Positions 57,122-64,000 of a DNA stretch of 64,000 bases are shown here, piece after piece. Within the stretch, counting starts at the first letter, position 1, and each line of letters opens with the position of its first letter. Origin of the DNA: Clostridia bacterium (GTDB lineage: Bacteria > Bacillota > Clostridia > RUG12999); NCBI GenBank assembly GCA_022801925.1, contig JAAWTG010000008.1, positions 2,619 through 66,618 of the forward strand, written 5' to 3'. The translations under genes and the position numbers were made by a program. Below the pieces are notes generated by a model, which ran no database searches, was not told where the DNA came from, and was given only the letters and a program-made list of their open reading frames with translations.

Positions 57122-57975
57122 ATCTGTTCACCTCGGATATAAAATAGCATGATATCTTCAATTGTAACAGGGTCAATGACAGCGGCAGGAAATTTCCGCC
57201 GCGCGGCGGCGCGGTCGCGCACCAATGCTTCCATGCCAAAGGCGTTTTGACGGCAGCGGATACATTCGCCGGGCGCAAGCTTTGCCAAATCCTCGCGGCT
57301 GCATCGAAGAATGCCAAGCCGGTCTGTCAAATCGTCTTTGGGCTGATGGAACATAATGCGTCCATCGTGAATAAAGGTGATGTAATCCGCGATTTTATCC
57401 AAGTCCGTTGTAATGTGAGAGGAAAGCAAAATGCTGTTTTCGCCGGTTTGAATGAATTCTCGCAGAATATCCAAAATTTCCTCACGGACAATGGGGTCAA
57501 GACCGCTGGTCGCCTCGTCCAAAATGAGCAAAGACGGATGGTGCGCCAGCGCGGCGGCAATGGAGAGTTTCATTTTCATACCGCGCGAATATTCCTTCAC
57601 ACGCTTTTTTACCGGCAGGTCAAACTGTTTCAAATAGGACGAAAACGCCGCGTTATCCCATGAACGATAGATGTTTTTCATCACACCAGAAACTTCGGAC
57701 GCGTTTAAATAGGGCGGGAATTCGCATTCCTCAAAAACAACGCCGATGTTCTCCCGCGCGGCAACTTCCTGCTGACGGTGGTCTTTGCCAAACAGCAGAA
57801 TGCTGCCGCTGTCGATACGGATTAAATTTAAAATGGCTTTGAGCGTGGTGCTTTTGCCCGCGCCGTTTTCCCCAATCAGCCCAACGACACAGCCCTTGGG
57901 AACCGAGAAAGAAACGTGATTCAGCGAAAAGCTGTCATACGATTTATTGACGTCACACAGTTCGATTGCATTCAT
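57118..57975 (-). CDS. ABC transporter ATP-binding protein
   Basis: Walker A GENGAGKST, signature LSRGMKMKL, Walker B LLILDEATSGLD. Confidence 0.9.
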   Translation of the reverse strand: MNAIELCDVNKSYDSFSLNHVSFSVPKGCVVGLIGENGAGKSTTLKAILNLIRIDSGSILLFGKDHRQQEVAARENIGVVFEECEFPPYLNASEVSGVMKNIYRSWDNAAFSSYLKQFDLPVKKRVKEYSRGMKMKLSIAAALAHHPSLLILDEATSGLDPIVREEILDILREFIQTGENSILLSSHITTDLDKIADYITFIHDGRIMFHQPKDDLTDRLGILRCSREDLAKLAPGECIRCRQNAFGMEALVRDRAAARRKFPAAVIDPVTIEDIMLFYIRGEQI

Positions 57976-58352
57976 AGCGATTCTCCTTCATATAACATGG
58001 AAAGCAGTTCCAACAGTTCTGCTTCTGATACGCCGCTTTGCCGTGCCAGCGCGGCGGCTTGCGTGAAATGTTCTTCAATTTTGCGCAGGGATTCTTCCCG
58101 AATAAGCTGCGTGTTTTGCGCGGCGACAAAGCTGCCTTTGCCGGCGACTGTCACGATAAAACCGTCCCGTTCCAGTTCACTGTATGCCCGTTTTGTTGTG
58201 ATAACGCTGATGCGCAGTTCTTTTGCCAGCAGACGAATGCTGGGAAGCGGGTCGCCCTCCTGCAAAGTGCCGTCTATGATCAGCCCTTTCAGCTGACCAT
58301 AGATTTGTTCATAAATGGGTTTGTCATTTACGTTGCTAATGAATATATTCAA
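57972..58352 (-). CDS. GntR-family transcriptional regulator (YtrA-like, 126 aa)
   Basis: LPSIRLLAKELRISVITTKRAYSELERDGFI winged HTH. First gene of a GntR-ABC-ABC2 operon. Confidence 0.85.
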   Translation of the reverse strand: MNIFISNVNDKPIYEQIYGQLKGLIIDGTLQEGDPLPSIRLLAKELRISVITTKRAYSELERDGFIVTVAGKGSFVAAQNTQLIREESLRKIEEHFTQAAALARQSGVSEAELLELLSMLYEGESL

Positions 58353-58368
58353 ATTATCACCTGCTCAT

Positions 58369-58397
58369 ACTGTATATACCGTATATACACAGTATAC
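58369..58397. promoter_or_regulatory. Paired GTATATAC palindromes (candidate GntR operator) in the divergent gntR/ppk region
   Basis: ACTGTATATAC-C-GTATATACACAGTATAC. Confidence 0.3.
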
Positions 58398-58532
58398 ATG
58401 AAAATAACAGAATTGTCAATACAAAAAAGAAATTTTTACAGAAAACAAACGGCAGTATCGCCGGCAACGATACATATACAGCAGAGAATTATCACATAAT
58501 AAAGGTAATTTGGATGTTTGGAGGAAACGCGG

Positions 58533-60479
58533 ATGAAATCCATTCCATTGTTTTCGCAGGAACTAAGCTGGCTGCGTTTTAACGAACGCGTATTGAACCA
58601 ATGCGCAAAACCGCTGCCGCTGCTGGAAAAATGCAATTTTCTTGCTATTTCCGCCAGTAATCTGGACGAGTTTTTTCGGCTTAAAGTCGGTAGGCTCTAT
58701 GAGGAAAAAGAGGACGGCAGACAAACGCTGCGGCAAATAGCAGCGTTTGTCAAGGAACAAGTGGGGCGTCAATATGGCGTATACCAAAAATTGATGAAGG
58801 AACTGGCGGAGCGACAAATAGCAATCATATCCTATGAAAAATTGCCGCAAAAAGAAAAACGCTATTTGACGGAATATTTCGCGCAGCAGATTTATCCGCT
58901 GCTCACGCCCATCACCTTGGGGCCGTCCGACCCGTTTCCGCTGATTGCAGGGCAAAATCTATATCTTGGCGCAATGCTGCATACAGAAGGAGAACCGCCC
59001 TATTTTATGACCATGCAAATTCCGCCTGTGCTGGGACGGTTGGTGGAACTGCATGGGAACTATGTTTTTTTGGAGGAAATGATCCGCCGTCATTTGCCGC
59101 AGATTTTGGACGGACAAACGGCAACTGATGTTTTTTTCTATCGGGTGACGCGGCGAGCAGACGTCCCGATTTTGCCGGAACTGGAAACCGACTTACCGTT
59201 TGAAGTGGAAAAGTGTCTGCGAACCAGAAAAATCGCTGCGCCGCTGCGGCTGGAATTGTCTTGGGAATGTCCTATGAGGGCGCAGCTTTTGCTGCAAGAA
59301 CAGCTGGGCTTAGATGAAACAGAAATTTATCATATTGAAGGTCCGCTGGATTTGACATTTTTATCTGCACTCTATGCCGCCTATCCGCAGCCACAGCTTA
59401 AATATCCGCCGTTTTGTCCGGAAAAATATGAATTGGAAGGTTCTCTGTTTGACACCTTACGGCGGGAAGATATTTTGCTGCACCACCCCTATCAATCGTT
59501 TGATACGGTGATTCAGTTTTTGCGCCAAGCGGCGGCCGACCCCAAAGTGCTGGCAATCAAACAGACGCTCTACCGCGTCAGCCATGCGTCGCCCATCATT
59601 GATGCATTGGTCTATGCTGCCGGCTGCGGTAAACAGGTCACGGTGCTGCTGGAGCTCAAAGCGCGGTTTGACGAGGAAAATAACCTCAACTGTGCCCGCC
59701 GTCTGGAAAAAGCGGGCGCGCATGTCATCTATGGACGGGTGGAGTTGAAAACGCATTGCAAAATGCTGCTGGTGGTGCGGGAGGAAGCAGGAAGATTGCA
59801 GCAGTATGCGCATTTGTCCACAGGAAACTATAATGAAAAGACGGCAAAAGGGTATACGGATATTGGATTGCTCACAGCCGACCGACGGATATGCGGCGAT
59901 TTATCGGTGTTATTCAATTGTTTATCGGCGCATTTGCCGCTCTCCGGACGCAGCAGTATCCATATTTCACCACTGGATTTACGGGAGAAGCTGGAGCAAA
60001 TGATAGCGCAGGAAACCGCTTTCGCCAAACAGGGGAAACCGGCGCGCATTATGATGAAGATGAACGCCTTGTGCGATGAAAAAATGGTGGGCGCACTCTA
60101 CCGCGCGGCAGCGGCAGGGGTGAAAGTGACGCTGATTGTGCGTGGTATTTGTACGTTGGTGCCGCGGGAGCATGTGGAGGTGGTCAGCATTGTGGGACGT
60201 TTTTTGGAACACAGCCGTATTTATGCGTTCCACGCTGGAGGAACACCGCAGATCTATTTGTCCAGCGCGGATTTAATGCCGCGCAATTTGGACAGACGGA
60301 TTGAACTGCTGTTTCCTGTCCAGCAAGAAAATCACATAGAATATTTGCTGGCGTTGCTGGAACGGTATGCGGCAGACAATGTGAACAGTTATGTGCTGCA
60401 AAAGGATGGTAGCTACCGGAAGAGGCAGTCCGGCAAAAAAGTAATAGACGCGCAGGCGCTGAAAGGAATGATTCCATGA
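58533..60479 (+). CDS. ppk: Polyphosphate kinase 1
   Basis: N-terminal ELSWLRFNERVL plus PPK1 catalytic regions. ATG at 58533 follows GGAGGA. Confidence 0.9.
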   Translation: MKSIPLFSQELSWLRFNERVLNQCAKPLPLLEKCNFLAISASNLDEFFRLKVGRLYEEKEDGRQTLRQIAAFVKEQVGRQYGVYQKLMKELAERQIAIISYEKLPQKEKRYLTEYFAQQIYPLLTPITLGPSDPFPLIAGQNLYLGAMLHTEGEPPYFMTMQIPPVLGRLVELHGNYVFLEEMIRRHLPQILDGQTATDVFFYRVTRRADVPILPELETDLPFEVEKCLRTRKIAAPLRLELSWECPMRAQLLLQEQLGLDETEIYHIEGPLDLTFLSALYAAYPQPQLKYPPFCPEKYELEGSLFDTLRREDILLHHPYQSFDTVIQFLRQAAADPKVLAIKQTLYRVSHASPIIDALVYAAGCGKQVTVLLELKARFDEENNLNCARRLEKAGAHVIYGRVELKTHCKMLLVVREEAGRLQQYAHLSTGNYNEKTAKGYTDIGLLTADRRICGDLSVLFNCLSAHLPLSGRSSIHISPLDLREKLEQMIAQETAFAKQGKPARIMMKMNALCDEKMVGALYRAAAAGVKVTLIVRGICTLVPREHVEVVSIVGRFLEHSRIYAFHAGGTPQIYLSSADLMPRNLDRRIELLFPVQQENHIEYLLALLERYAADNVNSYVLQKDGSYRKRQSGKKVIDAQALKGMIP

Positions 60480-61966
60480 GGGAAAACGTTGCAGTGATTG
60501 ACATTGGTTCCAACTCCATTCGTATGAGTATCATGCAGGTGGGAGAGGGTCATAGTTATCGCATGATTTGTCAAATGAAAGAGGCGCTACGGCTCAGCGC
60601 ACAATTGAATGAGGACGGCGTTTTGCCGCCAGAAGCGGTTCGGCGTACAATACAGATTATGCGTGCATTCCGGCGGCAAATCCGGCTACACGGCGTGAAA
60701 CGGGTGCGCGCTGTGGCAACCGCCGCATTGCGGCGCGCGGAGAACCGTGCGGCAGTGGTGGAGGAAATCCAAAGGGAAACGGAGATTCACGTGGAAATTA
60801 TTTCCGGGGAAATGGAAGCATTTTATGATTATTTAGGCGTGGTGTACAGCGTACCGCTGGAGGATTTTGTGCTAATAGATACCGGCGGCGGCAGTACGGA
60901 GATTGTTTTGGTGGAACAACGAAAAATGACAGCGCGCGTCAGCATTCCTTACGGCGCTGTTGTACTGGGGAAAATGTTTGGTGAAAACCATACAAAAATG
61001 AAACAGTTTTTGCAGCAAAAGCTGCGGGAACTGCCGTTTTTGCCGCAATGTAAAGGATTGCCTGTTGTGGGACTCGGCGGGAGCATTCGTGCGCTGGGTA
61101 AAGCGCATTGTTTTCACCGGCACTGCCCGCTGGTCAGTATCCATGAATATCCGCTGAGTCGCAACGAGGCGGAAGAAATATATCAGCAGCTTTGCCAGCT
61201 GCCACCTGCAAAACGGGAGCGGGTTTACGCCGTTTCAGGAAGCCGGCGGGACATTATTGTATCGGGGCTTGCGCCGCTCATGGCGCTGCTGGGGGAAACG
61301 GGCGCACAGAACATTGTCATCAGCGGAAACGGTGTGCGGGAAGGGATTTTTTTTGAACTGTGTATTCCGTTTCAAACGGACATGCATGTGCTGCGCAGCA
61401 GTGTGGAAAACAGTATGCGGCTTTATGGTCTGGGGCAAGACTATGCGGCATCGCTCTACGAGGAAGCCTGCATATTGGCAAACCCCTATCCGGCGCTCGC
61501 GCCCTATGGACATGTTTTATATGCCGCCTGTATGCTTTCGGAACTTGGGAAACAGATTGATTATTATAACCATTCGCGGCATACATTTTTTGTGATAACA
61601 GGACTTCCGATTTATGGATTGTCTCCGGCGGAAAGAGTGATGTGCGCATGTGTTGCTGCAACACTTGGCAAAACTGCGGCGCGGGGTGTTTATACAAAGT
61701 TTCATTCGCTGTTGTCTAAAAAACAGGCGGAGGGAGCAAGACAGCTTTCCACTGTGGTGCGGGTAGCGTCCACACTTTTATTTTACGGATTTCATTGCCG
61801 CCGGCTGTCGTTTGACCAAAATAAGCAAAAACTATATCTGACGGTACAGGCGCAGCAAGAGGGAATCGTCCTGCCGGACGCGGCACGTATGAGTCTGCAA
61901 AAATGTTGGCGGGAGACATTTGGTGTGAAATGCAAGATTCAGATTGAAGATAGCGCGGTGGGATAA
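60476..61966 (+). CDS. ppx: Exopolyphosphatase (Ppx/GppA family)
   Basis: VAVIDIGSNSIRMSI...IDTGGGSTE. 4-nt overlap with ppk. Confidence 0.85.
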   Translation: MRENVAVIDIGSNSIRMSIMQVGEGHSYRMICQMKEALRLSAQLNEDGVLPPEAVRRTIQIMRAFRRQIRLHGVKRVRAVATAALRRAENRAAVVEEIQRETEIHVEIISGEMEAFYDYLGVVYSVPLEDFVLIDTGGGSTEIVLVEQRKMTARVSIPYGAVVLGKMFGENHTKMKQFLQQKLRELPFLPQCKGLPVVGLGGSIRALGKAHCFHRHCPLVSIHEYPLSRNEAEEIYQQLCQLPPAKRERVYAVSGSRRDIIVSGLAPLMALLGETGAQNIVISGNGVREGIFFELCIPFQTDMHVLRSSVENSMRLYGLGQDYAASLYEEACILANPYPALAPYGHVLYAACMLSELGKQIDYYNHSRHTFFVITGLPIYGLSPAERVMCACVAATLGKTAARGVYTKFHSLLSKKQAEGARQLSTVVRVASTLLFYGFHCRRLSFDQNKQKLYLTVQAQQEGIVLPDAARMSLQKCWRETFGVKCKIQIEDSAVG

Positions 61967-61998
61967 GGACATATGAAACGATGTTATTTAGTATGGAT

Positions 61999-62025
61999 AA
62001 CGCCGGTTTGTTCCGGCGTTTTTTA
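61999..62025 (+). terminator. Rho-independent terminator after ppx
   Basis: AACGCCGG-tttgtt-CCGGCGTT-TTTT. Confidence 0.75.
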
Positions 62026-62074
62026 CATAGAAATGAAAAAATTGGAACAATTATAAAAAGTTTTTATTTGCCTA

Positions 62075-62112
62075 TTGTAATTTATTCCTTATTAATATAT
62101 AATATCAATAAG
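62075..62112 (+). promoter_or_regulatory. Promoter TTGTAA-N17-TATAAT overlapped by an imperfect AT-rich inverted repeat (Per/Fur-box-like) upstream of the Fur-family gene
   Basis: Hexamers at 62075-62080 and 62098-62103. The inverted repeat CTTATTAATATATAATATCAATAAG spans 62088-62112. Confidence 0.45.
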
Positions 62113-62142
62113 GATTAAAACGACAGTTTGGAGAAACGCGAA

Positions 62143-62529
62143 ATGAAAACTTCCAGAAATACAATTCAGCGCAGCTTGATATTGCAGGCAGTGCGATCGC
62201 TGCACCAGCATCCGACCGCGGAGGAGATTTATCAGGAAACGCTGAAATATCACCCAACTATCAGCAAAGCGACGGTTTATCGAAACCTGAATTTGCTGGT
62301 GCAACAGGGAGAAATTTTAAAAGTGGAAGTGCCGGACGGCGCAGACCATTTTGATTTTAAACTGCAATACCACCATCATGCGTATTGCCGTAAATGCAGT
62401 AATGTTTATGGTATGGAAATGCCTACGCTGGAAGAAGTGATGGAACGGGCAAAAGAGCCACCGGGATTTTTGCTGGAGGAATGCAGTATTTTGTTCAGAG
62501 GCGTTTGTTCAAAGTGTAAACAAAAATAA
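62143..62529 (+). CDS. Fur-family transcriptional regulator (PerR-like)
   Basis: HPTAEEIYQ...SKATVYRNLNLL...HHHAYCRKC...CSKC (Fur family; CxxC pairs). Sits upstream of rubrerythrin. Confidence 0.8.
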   Translation: MKTSRNTIQRSLILQAVRSLHQHPTAEEIYQETLKYHPTISKATVYRNLNLLVQQGEILKVEVPDGADHFDFKLQYHHHAYCRKCSNVYGMEMPTLEEVMERAKEPPGFLLEECSILFRGVCSKCKQK

Positions 62530-62626
62530 TATATCATAAACGCGAAGCGTTTTGATATAATTTCGTGCATCTCCGCCGGTTGCCACGTTTTTATGCGTGG
62601 CGAGGCAGAGGCACTTTTCAAATTCA

Positions 62627-62653
62627 TATAATAGTCGCTATGTGACTATTATA
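62627..62653. promoter_or_regulatory. Perfect palindrome TATAATAGTC-N7-GACTATTATA upstream of rubrerythrin (candidate PerR operator overlapping the -10)
   Basis: 10-bp arms, exact. Confidence 0.45.
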
Positions 62654-62679
62654 TCATGCATTAGAGGAGGTACACAAAC

Positions 62680-63216
62680 ATGAAAGACTTAAAAGGCACC
62701 AAAACACTAGCGAATCTGGCGACAGCATTTGCAGGAGAATCTCAGGCGAGAAATAAATATACATATTTTGCTTCTAAAGCGAAAAAAGAAGGCTATGAAC
62801 AGATTGCAGAATTGTTTTTAGAGACGGCAAACAATGAAAAGGAACACGCGAAAATCTGGTTTAAGCTGATGGACGGCATCGGCGACACGGCGGCGAATCT
62901 GAAAGCGGCGGCAGAAGGCGAAAACTATGAATGGACAGACATGTATGCAACGTTTGCTAAGGAAGCCAAAGAAGAAGGGTTTGACAAAATCGCCTATTTG
63001 TTTGAAGCAGTTGGCAAAATCGAAAAAGCGCATGAAGAACGCTACCGCAAGCTGCTGGCAAATGTGGAGGGCGGACTGGTGTTCTCGAAAGACGGCGACA
63101 TGATTTGGGAATGCGCAAACTGTGGTCATATCCACATTGGGAAAGCGGCGCCGGAGGTATGTCCGGTCTGTGCGCACCCCAAGGCATATTTCAAACTGCG
63201 CGCAGAAAATTATTGA
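62680..63216 (+). CDS. rbr: Rubrerythrin
   Basis: Di-iron ferritin-like domain (E..EXXH x2) plus a C-terminal rubredoxin-like CxxC...CxxC. Confidence 0.9.
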   Translation: MKDLKGTKTLANLATAFAGESQARNKYTYFASKAKKEGYEQIAELFLETANNEKEHAKIWFKLMDGIGDTAANLKAAAEGENYEWTDMYATFAKEAKEEGFDKIAYLFEAVGKIEKAHEERYRKLLANVEGGLVFSKDGDMIWECANCGHIHIGKAAPEVCPVCAHPKAYFKLRAENY

Positions 63217-63226
63217 TGAAATTTGA

Positions 63227-63265
63227 GAAAACCGGCGGCAAAATCATTTTGCGGCCGGTTTTTTG
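63227..63265. terminator. Bidirectional terminator between rbr and uppP
   Basis: AAAACCGGCGGCAAAAT-c-ATTTTGCGGCCGGTTTT with flanking A and U runs. Confidence 0.65.
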
Positions 63266-63328
63266 CATGGTTATATAGAAAATCAATCAGCGCAAGAGAC
63301 GCTGAAAAGCATATAATCTAAGAAATCG

Positions 63329-64000
63329 TTATGCCATCGCAACCGATTTATATACGAAATAGGCAATCACTAAAATACCTAAAATGATACGGTACCAGCC
63401 GAATGCGGTGAAATCGTGTTTACGGATAAAGCCCATCAGGAATTTAATGGCAACAAGAGAAACCAAAAATGCCACAACCATACCCACAATCAAAACCTGC
63501 CATTCCACAGGCTGAATGACAGCGGAATCCATAAAAAATTTAAGTATTTTCAGCAGACTTGCGCCCAGCATGATGGGGATTGCCAAAAAGAAAGAGAATT
63601 CCGCGGCAACGCTGCGCGATGCACCCACCAAAATACCGCCTAAAATCGTGGAACCGGAACGCGAGGTGCCCGGAATGAGCGGCAGAATGTCAAACACGCC
63701 AATCATCAGCGCAGTTTTGTAGTCCATATCGTCCACGGAGGTAATGCGCGGACGGCGTTTGCGGTTGTAACGTTCCAGCACGATAAACAAAATACCGTAG
63801 ACAATCAGGGCAACTGCAACCACTTGGTAGTTATAGAAATTATCGGTGAACCAATCGTCCAGCAATACGCCGACAATACCCGCCGGAATCACTGCAACAA
63901 TTACTTTTGCCCACAAGGACAAGGTTTGCCGCCGCTGCGCCGGCGTTTTTTTCAGAGAAAACGGGTTGAGTTTATGAAAATAAAGCACAACAACAGCTAA
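63329..64000 (-). CDS. uppP: Undecaprenyl-diphosphate phosphatase (UppP/BacA). Partial: the N-terminus lies beyond the window end.
   Basis: PGTSRSGSTILGG motif. 8 TM segments. The ORF runs to the window edge. Confidence 0.85.
   Translation of the reverse strand, partial: LAVVVLYFHKLNPFSLKKTPAQRRQTLSLWAKVIVAVIPAGIVGVLLDDWFTDNFYNYQVVAVALIVYGILFIVLERYNRKRRPRITSVDDMDYKTALMIGVFDILPLIPGTSRSGSTILGGILVGASRSVAAEFSFFLAIPIMLGASLLKILKFFMDSAVIQPVEWQVLIVGMVVAFLVSLVAIKFLMGFIRKHDFTAFGWYRIILGILVIAYFVYKSVAMA

Overview
The window is a 64-kb chromosomal segment from a Firmicutes/Clostridia-type genome. Evidence for that placement: AGGAGG-type ribosome-binding sites, TTG/GTG start codons, S-layer-homology (SLH) anchored proteins, a cold-shock protein and coaD/tadA/rdgB housekeeping genes.

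Content from left to right:
- 1-7.0 kb: a complete phosphate-starvation module (the end of pstS, then pstC, pstA, pstB, phoU, a secreted phytase-like beta-propeller esterase, and a PhoP/PhoR-type two-component system).
- 7.0-10.3 kb: a small, degenerate integrative mobilizable element (MobC, Tn916-type excisionase, XRE regulator, tyrosine integrase) lying directly against the 3' end of phoR.
- 10.3-15.2 kb: a low-GC (about 37-40%) stretch of accessory genes (GNAT acetyltransferases, a frameshifted DUF6442-like membrane gene with its XRE partner, a SnoaL-like protein, a DUF1848 Fe-S protein, cspA).
- 15-31 kb: housekeeping and transport genes (hemolysin-III, a DHA3-type MFS transporter with an upstream leader-peptide attenuator candidate, coaD, a GtrB-like GT2, a PadR/DUF1700/DUF4097 trio, GH88 unsaturated glucuronyl hydrolase, YeiH, tadA, a MATE transporter, rdgB).
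- 31-56 kb: the most system-like feature. An AraC-type membrane sensor regulator, an LplABC-type sugar ABC importer, and three consecutive SLH-anchored surface proteins: a 2534-aa calcineurin-like phosphoesterase with four tandem lectin-like/Ig-like modules, a 926-aa protein with N-terminal SLH domains and unknown function, and a 1300-aa heparinase II/III-like lyase. These are followed by a GH29 alpha-L-fucosidase and an SGNH esterase. This looks like a Gram-positive, SLH-anchored polysaccharide-utilisation locus that I could not match to a described system.
- 56-64 kb: a GntR/ABC/ABC-2 operon, ppk1-ppx, perR-rubrerythrin with palindromic operators, and the start of uppP.

Three intergenic regions (about 28.5, 30.8-31.1 and 35.4 kb) carry related GC-rich structured elements whose stems co-vary between copies. 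The 30.8-31.1 kb copy looks like a roughly 300-nt non-coding RNA (ncRNA) ending at a clean intrinsic terminator.

No rRNA, tRNA or CRISPR array was found.
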